From: an uncultured Thiogranum sp.
GTDB lineage: Bacteria > Pseudomonadota > Gammaproteobacteria > DSM-19610
Length of the DNA stretch: 62,525 nucleotides
NCBI GenBank assembly: GCA_965544455.1
Contig: CBEUNK010000001.1
Location: 1-62,525, forward strand
Reading direction: 5' to 3'
Part shown: one piece after another, positions 19,052 through 28,303 of the stretch
How the letters are laid out: every line of letters starts with the position of its first letter
Numbering within the stretch: the stretch's first letter is position 1
The notes under the pieces: model-generated
What the model saw: the letters and a program-made list of their open reading frames with translations, nothing else
Database searches by the model: none
Told to the model about the DNA's origin: nothing
Made by a program: the position numbers and the translations under genes

Positions 19052-20380
19052 GTGACCAATCAAGGCGATATCGATCCAGGTAGCGCCCGGCCCGTCACCA
19101 TCCCCCGGCCCGAGCACAGGATTTCACGGGCCAGTATCAGTTCCAGTGCCTTGAAAGTGCTGTACCGGCTGAAAGATGCCGGCTTTCAGAGTTTTCTGGT
19201 GGGGGGCGGCGTGCGGGACCTGCTGCTGGGACGGGAACCCAAGGACTTCGACGTCGGCACCAACGCCACCCCCGAGGAAATCCGCGGGCTGTTCCGTAAC
19301 TGCCGGCTGATCGGGCGGCGCTTCCGGCTGGCACACGTGCGCTACGGCCGCGACGTGATCGAGGTTGCGACTTTCCGTGCGCGGCACGACGGTGACCGGG
19401 GCGAGGACGACCACCGCGCCCATTCGGACGAGGGGCGCATTCTGCGCGACAACGTTTACGGCAGCCTCGAGGACGACGTCTGGCGCCGGGACTTTACCGT
19501 CAACGCCCTGTACTACGATATCCGGGATTTCTCGGTCATCGACTATGTCGGCGGACTGGCTGACCTGGAGGCCGGCATCCTGCGCCTGATCGGCGACCCG
19601 GAGCAGCGCTACCGCGAGGACCCGGTGCGCATGCTGCGCGCGGTGCGGTTTGCCGCCAAGCTCGGCTTCCGCATTCAGGGCGACAGTGAAAACGCCATCT
19701 ATGAACTGGGCTATCTGTTGGAAGATATCCCGGCGGCACGCCTGTTCGAAGAGGTCATGAAGTTGTTCCTGGGAGGCTGTGCCGTCAGCACCTTCGAACT
19801 GCTGCGCCACTACGACCTGTTCGAGTGCCTGTTCCCCCTGACCGAAGAAGCCCTGAGCCACGAGGAACAGGGCTTTCCCATCACCTTTGTGCTGCGCGCC
19901 CTTGAAAATACCGACCAGCGCCTGGCGGAAGGCAAGCCGGTCACCCCGGCCTTTCTCTATGCCGCGCTGTTGTGGGAACCCTTCCGGCTGCGCGCGCAGG
20001 CCTTGCGCGACGGGGGCGCCTCGCCACTGGAAGCGGCACAGATCGCCGGTAACCAGGTGACGGCCGAGCAGGTGCAGGCGACGTCCCTGCCCAAGCGTTT
20101 CAGTATGCCGATGCGTGAAATCTGGAACCTGCAGCCGCGCTTCGAGCGCAAGCGCGGCAAGGCGCCGTACCGGCTGCTGGAACACCCGCGCTTCCGCGCG
20201 GCCTATGATTTCCTGCTGCTGCGTGCCGAGGTCGGTGAGGCTCCGGAAGAACTGGCGCAGTGGTGGACGGATTTCCAGACACTGAACGCGGGTGAGCGTG
20301 AACAGATGGTGGAAGCCGCACCCAAGAAGCGCCGCCGGCGGCGGCCACGGCGGCGCAGGCCGGCCACCCAGGATGGCTGA
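19052..20380 (+). CDS. pcnB: poly(A) polymerase I
   Basis: VGGGVRDLLLG..PKDFD, LIGRRFRLAHV signature, RRDFTVNALYY, Arg-rich tail. Confidence 0.97.
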   Translation: MTNQGDIDPGSARPVTIPRPEHRISRASISSSALKVLYRLKDAGFQSFLVGGGVRDLLLGREPKDFDVGTNATPEEIRGLFRNCRLIGRRFRLAHVRYGRDVIEVATFRARHDGDRGEDDHRAHSDEGRILRDNVYGSLEDDVWRRDFTVNALYYDIRDFSVIDYVGGLADLEAGILRLIGDPEQRYREDPVRMLRAVRFAAKLGFRIQGDSENAIYELGYLLEDIPAARLFEEVMKLFLGGCAVSTFELLRHYDLFECLFPLTEEALSHEEQGFPITFVLRALENTDQRLAEGKPVTPAFLYAALLWEPFRLRAQALRDGGASPLEAAQIAGNQVTAEQVQATSLPKRFSMPMREIWNLQPRFERKRGKAPYRLLEHPRFRAAYDFLLLRAEVGEAPEELAQWWTDFQTLNAGEREQMVEAAPKKRRRRRPRRRRPATQDG

Positions 20381-20873
20381 GGTCGACGCCTACATCGGGC
20401 TTGGCAGCAACCTGGACGATCCGCAAGCGCAGATTGAAACGGCGCTGCGGCAACTGGCGGCCCTGGAGCATTGCCGCCTGGTGAAGCGGTCGTCATTGTA
20501 TCGCAGCCCGCCAATGGGGCCCCGGGACCAACCGGACTATATCAACGCCGTGGCGCTGCTGCGTACCACCCTGGCGGCCGGGACGCTGCTGGACGCCCTG
20601 CAGGCAATCGAACACCAGCACGCCCGGGTGCGTGAGCGGCACTGGGGCCCACGGACCCTGGATCTGGACCTGCTGCTGTACGGGCAGGCCAGCATCGGCA
20701 GCGAGCACCTCGTGGTGCCGCACCCGGGTATCGCCGAGCGCAATTTCGTGCTCTACCCCCTGGCGGAAATCGCTCCGGCACTGGGGATACCGGGTCGCGG
20801 CCGTGTGGCGGCGCTGCTGGCGCAATGCCCGGATAGCGGGCTGGAAAAGCTCACCCCACAGGAAAGCAGGTAA
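20373..20873 (+). CDS. folK: 2-amino-4-hydroxy-6-hydroxymethyldihydropteridine diphosphokinase
   Basis: AYIGLGSNL, DQPDYINAV, RHWGPRTLDLDLL; ATG at 20373. Confidence 0.96.
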   Translation: MAEVDAYIGLGSNLDDPQAQIETALRQLAALEHCRLVKRSSLYRSPPMGPRDQPDYINAVALLRTTLAAGTLLDALQAIEHQHARVRERHWGPRTLDLDLLLYGQASIGSEHLVVPHPGIAERNFVLYPLAEIAPALGIPGRGRVAALLAQCPDSGLEKLTPQESR

Positions 20874-20882
20874 ACACAGCGC

Positions 20883-21548
20883 ATGCAGAACCCGGGATTC
20901 ATCGTCGTCGAAGGCCCCATCGGGGTCGGTAAAACCAGCCTGGCACGCCGCCTGGCCGAGACCTTCGGCTGCGAGCTGCTGCTGGAGGGCGCCGCCGACA
21001 ACCCTTTCCTGGAACGTTTTTACCGCAACCCGCGCGCAGCGGCCATGCAGACGCAGTTGTTTTTCCTGTTACAGCGTGCCCAGCAGATGCAGGAACTCCG
21101 CCAGGGCGACATGTTCGAACCGGTGCGCGTGGCCGATTTTCTCATGGACAAGGACCGCCTGTTCGCCAAGCTGACGCTCGACCGCGAGGAGTTCAAACTC
21201 TACGAACAGGTCTACGCCCACCTGACCATCGACGTGCCGAGGCCGGACCTGGTGATTTACCTGCAGGCGCCGGTGGATGTACTGATCAAGCGTATCGGCA
21301 AGCGCGGGATCGGCTACGAGCGCGGTATGGAGCCGGCCTACCTGCGCTCGCTGTGCGAGACCTATACACGCTTCTTCCATTATTATGATGAGACGCCTTT
21401 ACTGATTGTGAACGCGGCGGACATCAACCCGGTGGACCGCGAGGCCGATTACCAGGCCCTGCTGGAACAGATGGCGCTGGCGAAAAGCGGCCGTCACTAT
21501 TTCAACCCCATGCCGGCCGCCCTGCGCGTGGCGGGAGACGAGCAGTGA
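20883..21548 (+). CDS. deoxynucleoside kinase
   Basis: EGPIGVGKT P-loop, NPFLERFY, PDLVIYLQA; usual position between folK and panB. Confidence 0.92.
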   Translation: MQNPGFIVVEGPIGVGKTSLARRLAETFGCELLLEGAADNPFLERFYRNPRAAAMQTQLFFLLQRAQQMQELRQGDMFEPVRVADFLMDKDRLFAKLTLDREEFKLYEQVYAHLTIDVPRPDLVIYLQAPVDVLIKRIGKRGIGYERGMEPAYLRSLCETYTRFFHYYDETPLLIVNAADINPVDREADYQALLEQMALAKSGRHYFNPMPAALRVAGDEQ

Positions 21549-22345
21549 GCAAGACGATCACCCTGACAACCCTGCAGCGGCTGAAACACGAAGGTGAAAA
21601 AATCGCCTGTGTCACCAGTTACGATGCCAGTTTTACCTGCCTGCTGGAGCAGGCCGGCGTGGAAATCGTGCTGGTCGGTGATTCGCTCGGCATGGTGATC
21701 CAGGGGCACGATTCCACCCTGCCGGTGACGCTGGACGACATGGTCTACCATGCCGCCTGTGTTGCGCGTGCGGGCAGGACGGCGCTGCGCGTGGTGGACA
21801 TGCCGTTCATGACCTATGCCACGCCGGCCCAGGCGCTGGACAGTGCCGCCCGGCTGATGCGCGAGGGCGGGGCGCAGATGGTCAAGCTGGAAGGCGGCCT
21901 GCCGGTGCTCGACAGCGTGCGTGCGCTGACCGATCATGGCATTCCCGTGTGCGCCCACCTGGGCCTGACGCCGCAGTCGGTGCACCAGCTGGGCGGTTAC
22001 CGGGTACAGGGACGCGGGCAGGCCGCTGCCGACCACCTGCTGGAAGCGGCGCATCAACTTGAAACAGCCGGTGCCGGCCTGCTGGTACTGGAGTGCGTGC
22101 CGGCCGCGCTGGCCGGGCAGGTGACCGCCGCGGTCGCCATGCCCACCATTGGTATCGGCGCCGGCGCCGCTTGCGACGGGCAGGTGCTGGTGCTGTACGA
22201 CCTGCTGGGGATTACGCCGGGCAAACGGCCGAGCTTCTCGCGTGATTTTCTTGCCTCGGCCGGCAGTGTCACCGCCGCCCTCGAGGCCTACGTCGCGGCC
22301 GTCAAGTGCGGTAGCTTTCCGGGCCCCGAACACAGCTTCGACTGA
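21545..22345 (+). CDS. panB: 3-methyl-2-oxobutanoate hydroxymethyltransferase
   Basis: LVGDSLGM, VKLEGG, HLGLTPQ, CDGQVLV. Confidence 0.98.
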   Translation: MSKTITLTTLQRLKHEGEKIACVTSYDASFTCLLEQAGVEIVLVGDSLGMVIQGHDSTLPVTLDDMVYHAACVARAGRTALRVVDMPFMTYATPAQALDSAARLMREGGAQMVKLEGGLPVLDSVRALTDHGIPVCAHLGLTPQSVHQLGGYRVQGRGQAAADHLLEAAHQLETAGAGLLVLECVPAALAGQVTAAVAMPTIGIGAGAACDGQVLVLYDLLGITPGKRPSFSRDFLASAGSVTAALEAYVAAVKCGSFPGPEHSFD

Positions 22346-23187
22346 TGCAGTGCGTTCAGGAGGTGGCCGACCTGCGCGCCCGGCTGGCGCAATGGCGCGC
22401 GCAGGGGCAGCGCATCGTGTTCGTGCCCACCATGGGTAACCTGCACGCCGGCCACCTGCAGCTGATAAAGCATGCCCGCGCACTGGGTGAGCGCGTCATT
22501 GTCAGCGTGTTCGTCAATCCGACCCAGTTCGCCCCGGGCGAGGATTTTGCCACCTACCCACGCACCCTGGCAGACGACAGCCGGCAGCTGGAGACGGAAG
22601 GCGTGGACCTGTTGTTTGCCCCGACGGTGGACGACATCTATCCCGGCGGCACCGGCGTCGATCCGGCGTTGTCCCTGCCGGCCGTGGCGGAGGGCCTGGA
22701 AACCGATTACCGTCCGGGGTTCTTTGCCGGGGTGGTGACCGTCGTCAGACGCCTGTTCGAGCTGGTGCAGCCGGACACCGCGGTCTTCGGTGAAAAGGAT
22801 TACCAGCAGCTGGCCGTGGTCCGTGCCCTGGTGGCGCAGTTGCAACTGCCCATTGCGATCATCGGTGTTGCCACCGTGCGCGAGGCCGATGGCCTGGCCA
22901 TGAGTTCGCGCAACCAGTACCTGTCCGCCGAAGAACGGCAGCGCGCCCCGCAGCTCTACCAGGTGCTGTGCCGTACAGCCGACCGTCTACGCGGCGGCGG
23001 GGACCCGCAGGCACTGGAGGAAGAGGCGAAGCAGGCGCTGGCGGCGGCGGGTTTCATGCCGGATTATGTCAGCATCCGCCGGGCCGGGGACCTGCGGCCG
23101 CTGGAGGCCGGAGAGACCGAACAGGCGGTGGTGCTGGCGGCCGCGCGCCTCGGCCATACCCGCCTGATTGATAATGTTATTGTCTAA
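22345..23187 (+). CDS. panC: pantoate--beta-alanine ligase
   Basis: PTMGNLHAGH, FGEKDYQQ, DGLAMSSRN, RLIDN. Confidence 0.98.
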   Translation: MQCVQEVADLRARLAQWRAQGQRIVFVPTMGNLHAGHLQLIKHARALGERVIVSVFVNPTQFAPGEDFATYPRTLADDSRQLETEGVDLLFAPTVDDIYPGGTGVDPALSLPAVAEGLETDYRPGFFAGVVTVVRRLFELVQPDTAVFGEKDYQQLAVVRALVAQLQLPIAIIGVATVREADGLAMSSRNQYLSAEERQRAPQLYQVLCRTADRLRGGGDPQALEEEAKQALAAAGFMPDYVSIRRAGDLRPLEAGETEQAVVLAAARLGHTRLIDNVIV

Positions 23188-23207
23188 AATCCCGCATTAT
23201 CGGGGGT

Positions 23208-23236
23208 TTGCAGCCCGGTTCTGATCTTGGGATAAT
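23208..23236 (+). promoter_or_regulatory. sigma70 promoter upstream of panD
   Basis: TTGCAG-N17-GATAAT with an extended -10 TG. Confidence 0.5.
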
Positions 23237-23269
23237 ACCGCGGTTGTTGCCAGGCAGGGATATTCCCGC

Positions 23270-23650
23270 ATGCAGATCACGCTGCTCAAATGTAAATTGC
23301 ACCATGCGCGCGTCACGCACGCCGAACTCGAGTACGAAGGCTCGTGCGCCATCGACAGCGATCTGCTGGCGGCGGCCGGTATCCGCGAGTACGAGCAGAT
23401 CCATATCTACAACCTCAACAACGGCGAGCGCTTTACCACCTATGCCATTCAGGCCCAGCCGGGCTCCGGTATCATTTCCATCAACGGTGCGGCGGCGCAC
23501 AAGGCGTCCCCCGGTGACCGCATCATTATCTGCAGCTACGCGAGCATGAGCGAGCAGGAAGCCCGCGCGTTTCAGCCGACACTGGTTTACCTGGACGAAG
23601 GCAACCGCATCGTGCGGCAGCGCAACTCCATTCCCGTACAGGCTGTCTGA
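23270..23650 (+). CDS. panD: aspartate 1-decarboxylase proenzyme
   Basis: [11 protein letters not shown]|SCAID self-cleavage site, [13 protein letters not shown]. Confidence 0.97.
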   Translation: MQITLLKCKLHHARVTHAELEYEGSCAIDSDLLAAAGIREYEQIHIYNLNNGERFTTYAIQAQPGSGIISINGAAAHKASPGDRIIICSYASMSEQEARAFQPTLVYLDEGNRIVRQRNSIPVQAV

Positions 23651-23654
23651 GACG

Positions 23655-25046
23655 CTATAACGCGGGCGACTGGATGGTCAGCGCCGGCGACGGCGGGCGC
23701 GGCGGGTGTTCGCGTTCCGTCACCCAGACCAGGATATCGTAATAGCTGCGGATGTTTTCCACGTAGCGCACCGGTTCATGTCCCCGGGCATAGCCGTGTT
23801 TGGCCTGCTTGTACCATTTCTTCTGACTGAGGTGGGGCAGGTATTTCTTCACGTCCACCCACTTGTCGGGGTTGGCGCCGTCACTCTGGGTCAGCACGCG
23901 CGCGTCCTCCAGGTGGCCAAAGCCGATATTATAGGCCGCCAGCGCCATCCAGGTACGGTTCGGTTCCTTGATACGTTTGGGAATACGTTTTTTCACCCGG
24001 CGGATATAGCGGGCGCCACCCTCGATACTGGCCTGTGCATCGTGGCGGCTCTTGTCGATGCCGAGTTGTTTCATCGTATCCTGGGTCAGCATCATCAGGC
24101 CACGCACCCCGGTGGGTGACACAGCCTTCGGGTTCCAGTGCGACTCCTGGTAACCGATGGCCGCCAGCAGGCGCCAGTCGATACCGGTTTCCTTGCCGGC
24201 CTGTTCAAACCAGGCCTGGTAGCGCGGCAGGCGCTGTTCGATATGCTGCATATAGCGTCGTGTGCCCACGTAATCGAAATCGCTGACATAGCCGTAGTAC
24301 TTTTCCAGCAAGCGGTCGAGCCCGCCATCATCGCGCAGCGACTGTAAATATTCGTTGGCCTTGTCCACCAGGCTGCGGTCTTCCCCGGGCGGAAAAGCCC
24401 AGGCCAGCGGTTCCGGTTTACTGATATCAAAGGCGACGCGCAGCTCGGGATAAAACCGCCGGCTGATGGCGACCTCGTTGGAATCGGCCACCGTGTAGTC
24501 GATCACCTGTTCCCAGACCAGGTTGAGCAGCTGTTCGTTTTCCAGGTTGGCGTTTTCCTCGAACGACATGTTGGGGTACTCCTCCTGCAGTGCCCGCAGC
24601 CGCTCGGCATGACTGCTGTCGGCCACTACTTCGAGGCTGCCGTTCAGGTTATCGAGGTTGCGCGGTGCACGCATGCCAACGCGGTAGACCAGCTGCGGTG
24701 TGATGCGCTGGTAGCTGCTGCTGAAGTTCAGTAGCTGCTGGCGTTCGTGGGTGACCGTCAACCCGGCGGCCGCCATGTCGGCGCGACCGGCCTGGATGGC
24801 CTCCAGGATATCCGACAGGGTATCGGGTACCTCGATAGCGAGTTTGACGCCCAGGAAGCGGGCAAAGCCGGCCGCCAGTTCGTACTCCAGGCCGGCCGGC
24901 CCGTAGGGACCTTCGTAATAGGTGGTGGCACTGTTGCGCGTCAGCACCCGCAGAACGCCGTCATCCCTGACCCGTTCGAGGTGCGACTGGGGAAACAGAT
25001 CGCAACCGGCGGCAAACAGACAGAATAGGATGGGCAGAAAGCGCAT
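23655..25046 (-). CDS. mltF: membrane-bound lytic murein transglycosylase F
   Basis: PBPb N-domain plus SLT domain (YQESHW, SPTGVRGLMMLT, AYNIGFGH, GYARG). Confidence 0.95.
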   Translation of the reverse strand: MRFLPILFCLFAAGCDLFPQSHLERVRDDGVLRVLTRNSATTYYEGPYGPAGLEYELAAGFARFLGVKLAIEVPDTLSDILEAIQAGRADMAAAGLTVTHERQQLLNFSSSYQRITPQLVYRVGMRAPRNLDNLNGSLEVVADSSHAERLRALQEEYPNMSFEENANLENEQLLNLVWEQVIDYTVADSNEVAISRRFYPELRVAFDISKPEPLAWAFPPGEDRSLVDKANEYLQSLRDDGGLDRLLEKYYGYVSDFDYVGTRRYMQHIEQRLPRYQAWFEQAGKETGIDWRLLAAIGYQESHWNPKAVSPTGVRGLMMLTQDTMKQLGIDKSRHDAQASIEGGARYIRRVKKRIPKRIKEPNRTWMALAAYNIGFGHLEDARVLTQSDGANPDKWVDVKKYLPHLSQKKWYKQAKHGYARGHEPVRYVENIRSYYDILVWVTEREHPPRPPSPALTIQSPAL

Positions 25047-25203
25047 GGATTAAAACAGTGTGACCCCTGTAGCTGTCACTATAGCGGGCACCCCGGGTGA
25101 AATTTTAGCGTTACGCACAACGCTTGGGGTACAATACGCCCGCAATGCATCAAGAGCCAGAGCATGTGCCACTTGCTCTTGATTTTCAAGTAAAAACTGC
25201 CTC

Positions 25204-25294
25204 GGAGAGGTGCCGGAGCTGGCCGAACGGGCTTGACTCGAAATCAAGTGAACTCTTACGAGTTCCGAGGGTTCGAATCCCTCCCTCTCCGCCA
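25204..25294 (+). tRNA. tRNA-Ser (anticodon CGA)
   Basis: Acceptor GGAGAGG/CCTCTCC, anticodon arm CTTGA-CT-CGA-AA-TCAAG, long variable arm, GTTCGAATCC, CCA. Confidence 0.96.
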
Positions 25295-25331
25295 CATAAA
25301 AAAAGCCCCATACGGGGCTTTTTTTATGTGG
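25292..25331. terminator. bidirectional rho-independent terminator (tRNA-Ser / ppdK)
   Basis: CCACATAAAAAAAGCCCC-ATAC-GGGGCTTTTTTTATGTGG, a perfect 18-bp inverted repeat with A7/T7 tracts. Confidence 0.88.
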
Positions 25332-25369
25332 TGAAGCAGGGCGCCTTGCCGGGTTAACCAGCCTTGTGA

Positions 25370-28150
25370 CTACAAGGCCTGCTTCCCGGCTTCCCCCGTC
25401 TCCCCGGCCAGGGCCGCATGCGCGGCCGCCAGGCGCGCCACCGGCACGCGCGGTCCGGAACAGGAGACGTAGCTCAGGCCGATGGCGTGACAGAAGTGGA
25501 TGGAATCCGGGTGCCCGCCGTGTTCGCCGCAGATGCCCACTTTCATGCCCGGGCGTGTTTCGCGGCCCCACTCGATGGCCAGCTTCATCAGCTTGCCCAC
25601 GCCCTTGGTGTCCAGTACCTCGAAGGGGTTGTCCTGCAGGATGCCGCGATCGTTGTACATGGGCAGGAACTTGTTCTCGGCGTCCTCGCGCGAGAACGAG
25701 AAGGTTGCCTGGGTCAGGTCATTGGTGCCGAAGGAGAAGAACTCGGCTTCTTCGGCCAGGCTGCCGGCGCGCATGCAGGAACGCACCACTTCCATCATGG
25801 AACCGAACTTGAAATCCACTTTCACGTCATACTTGTTTTCCACCACAGTGTGCACTGCGTCGACGTAACTTTTGACCCGCTTGAGTTCCTGCGAGGTGCA
25901 TACCTGCGGCACCATGATCTCGGGTTGCACGTCGAAGCCTTCCTGGTGGCATTCCGCGGCCGCTTCCAGGATGGCGGAGATCTGCATGGAGTAGATTTCC
26001 GGGAACGACAGGCCCAGGCGCACGCCGCGGTGCCCCAGCATCGGGTTAACCTCGTACAGGGCGCGGACTTTTTTCAGCATGGCCTCCTTTTTCTCGATCG
26101 CCTCGTCGACCAGGCGCGGATCCGTCAGACGCTGGACACTGGGGTGTTCACGGCCGCTGTATATGAACTGCACGGCATCCGACAGCACGTTCATACCCAT
26201 GACGGTATCCTTCAGGTGACGCAGCTGGTCCAGTTCGTCCACCAGTTGCTGTTCAGATGGCAGAAATTCGTGAATCGGTGGATCGAGCAGGCGAATGGTC
26301 ACCGGCCGCGGCGCCATGGCCTTGAAAATGCCCTTGAAGTCCTCGCGCTGTATGGGCAGCAGCCGGTCGAGTGCCGTCTGCCGGTCCGCGGTGGTTTCCG
26401 CCACGATCATTTCGATGACGATGGGCAGTCTTTCCACGTTGTTGAACATCCGCTCGGTACGGCACAGGCCGATACCCATGGCGCCGTACTTGAGTGCCCG
26501 TTCGGCATCGTGCGGCGTATCGGCGTTGGCCATGACCTGCAGGCGGGCGGTTTCGTCCGCCCACCCCAGCAGTGTTTCCAGTTCCGAGGAAAAATCGGCC
26601 TCGATCATCGGCACCTCGCCGAGGTAGACGTCACCGGTGGTGCCGTCGATGGTGATCAGGTCACCCTCGCTGATGGTCTGTTCGCCGATAAATGCCTTGC
26701 GCATGCGGACGTCGACGTGGATGCCCTCGGCGCCCGCCACGCAGGGCTTGCCCATGCCGCGGGCGACGACCGCCGCGTGCGAGGTCTTGCCACCGCGCGC
26801 GGTGAGGATGCCCTGGGAGGCGAAAAAGCCGTGGATGTCCTCGGGCTTGGTTTCCTCGCGCACCAGGATGACACGCTGCCCGCCGTGGCCCTGCTGCTCG
26901 GCGCGATCGGCGTCGAACACCGCGTGCCCGACCGCCGCGCCGGGTGACGCCGGCAGGCCGCGCGCCACCGGGGTGCTGCGGGTATCCGGATCGAGACGTG
27001 GAAACAGCAATTGCTCCAGCATCTCCGGCTGGATACGCAACAGCGCCTGGCGCTTGTCGATGAGATCCTCGCGGGTCATGTCCACCGAGGTGCGCACCAG
27101 TGCCGTGGCGTTCATTTTGCCGTTACGCGTCTGCAGGCAGTAGAAGCGGCCTTTTTCGATGGTGAACTCGAAGTCCTGTACTTCCCGGTAATGGGCTTCC
27201 AGCCGTTCGCGCAGGGCCTGTAACTCGCGGTACATGTCCGGCATTTCCGACTGCAGCATGTCGATCGGCTTGGGGGTGCGGATACCGGCGACCACGTCTT
27301 CACCCTGGGCGTTCACCAGGTATTCGCCGAACAGCGCGTTCTCACCGGTATCGGGATAGCGGGTGAAGCCGACGCCGGTGGCGCTGTCCTCGCCAAGATT
27401 ACCGAAGACCATGGTCACCACGTTGACCGCTGTGCCGTTGGCCATCTCCGGCGTGATATTGAATTCGCGCCGGTAGTCCACCGCGCGCTTGCCCATCCAG
27501 GAGTTGAACACCGCCTTGACCGCGATTTCCAGCTGTTCCATGGGGTCGTCCGGGAAGGCCTTGCCGGTTTCCCGCTCCACCACGTCCAGGAAGCGGTCGG
27601 AGATCTCGTGCAGGTCACGGGCGGTGAGCGCGATGTCCTGTTTGACGCCCGACTTCTCCTTGACGGCGTCGAATTCCGCGTCGAAGGCCTCGTCCGGCAC
27701 GCCCAGTGCAACCTTGCCGAACAGCTGTATGAAGCGCCGGTAGGCATCCCAGCCGAAACGCTCGTTGCCGGTCTGGGCAATCAGGGCTTTCAAGGTGTCA
27801 ACGTTCAGCCCCAGGTTGAGGATGGTGTCCATCATGCCCGGCATGGACATGGCCGAGCCCGAGCGTACCGAGACCAGCAGGGGGTTCTCCCGGCCGCCGA
27901 ACACCTTGCCGGTTTTTTCCTCCAGCGCCCGCATCTGCGTCCGGACTTCCTCCATGACACCCGCGGGTAATTCGCGTTCGCTACTGTCCAGGTAGTACAG
28001 GCAGGCCTCCGTCGAGATGACGAAGCCGGGTGGCACGTTGATGCCGATCTGGGTCATTTCACACAGGTTGGCACCCTTGCCGCCCAGCAACATCTTGTTA
28101 TGACCATCGCCCTCTTCAAAGGCAAAAACGAACTTCCCCGGACTGTTCAT
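25370..28150 (-). CDS. ppdK: pyruvate, phosphate dikinase
   Basis: LLGGKGANL, SVRSG...SMPGMMDTILNLG, GGKTSHAAVVARG phospho-His, NPMLGHRG, SFGTNDL, GICGEHGG. Confidence 0.97.
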   Translation of the reverse strand: MNSPGKFVFAFEEGDGHNKMLLGGKGANLCEMTQIGINVPPGFVISTEACLYYLDSSERELPAGVMEEVRTQMRALEEKTGKVFGGRENPLLVSVRSGSAMSMPGMMDTILNLGLNVDTLKALIAQTGNERFGWDAYRRFIQLFGKVALGVPDEAFDAEFDAVKEKSGVKQDIALTARDLHEISDRFLDVVERETGKAFPDDPMEQLEIAVKAVFNSWMGKRAVDYRREFNITPEMANGTAVNVVTMVFGNLGEDSATGVGFTRYPDTGENALFGEYLVNAQGEDVVAGIRTPKPIDMLQSEMPDMYRELQALRERLEAHYREVQDFEFTIEKGRFYCLQTRNGKMNATALVRTSVDMTREDLIDKRQALLRIQPEMLEQLLFPRLDPDTRSTPVARGLPASPGAAVGHAVFDADRAEQQGHGGQRVILVREETKPEDIHGFFASQGILTARGGKTSHAAVVARGMGKPCVAGAEGIHVDVRMRKAFIGEQTISEGDLITIDGTTGDVYLGEVPMIEADFSSELETLLGWADETARLQVMANADTPHDAERALKYGAMGIGLCRTERMFNNVERLPIVIEMIVAETTADRQTALDRLLPIQREDFKGIFKAMAPRPVTIRLLDPPIHEFLPSEQQLVDELDQLRHLKDTVMGMNVLSDAVQFIYSGREHPSVQRLTDPRLVDEAIEKKEAMLKKVRALYEVNPMLGHRGVRLGLSFPEIYSMQISAILEAAAECHQEGFDVQPEIMVPQVCTSQELKRVKSYVDAVHTVVENKYDVKVDFKFGSMMEVVRSCMRAGSLAEEAEFFSFGTNDLTQATFSFSREDAENKFLPMYNDRGILQDNPFEVLDTKGVGKLMKLAIEWGRETRPGMKVGICGEHGGHPDSIHFCHAIGLSYVSCSGPRVPVARLAAAHAALAGETGEAGKQAL

Positions 28151-28214
28151 GCAGCGTCTCCTGGTAAACGGGTAGTGGGCCGGCCGGACTGGCCTGCGGA
28201 TTCACAGGATACGC

Positions 28215-28256
28215 ATTATGATCGATGATCGGGGACTGGTCATTGATCCAGATCAT
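28215..28256 (-). promoter_or_regulatory. FNR-type box and class II promoter for ppdK
   Basis: TTGAT-CCAG-ATCAT (28243-28256, one mismatch). Minus-strand -10 CATAAT at 28215-28220 places the box centre at about -41.5. Confidence 0.62.
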
Positions 28257-28303
28257 GAGGGGAAATGCCGGCCGGCGGCCGGCGCGCTGTCGGCCGCTGT
28301 CGC

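Noticed and set aside
20320-20365. Arg-rich low-complexity tail KKRRRRRPRRRR
   Set aside because: This is a normal C-terminal feature of PcnB.
25418-26947. 509-aa + strand ORF and other long antisense ORFs (13685-14968, 33537-34940, 30729-32042, 35055-36200, 19124-20185)
   Set aside because: They are shadow frames opposite ppdK, pepA, nosZ, nosR, nosD and pcnB, expected in GC-rich DNA, and show no recognisable motifs.
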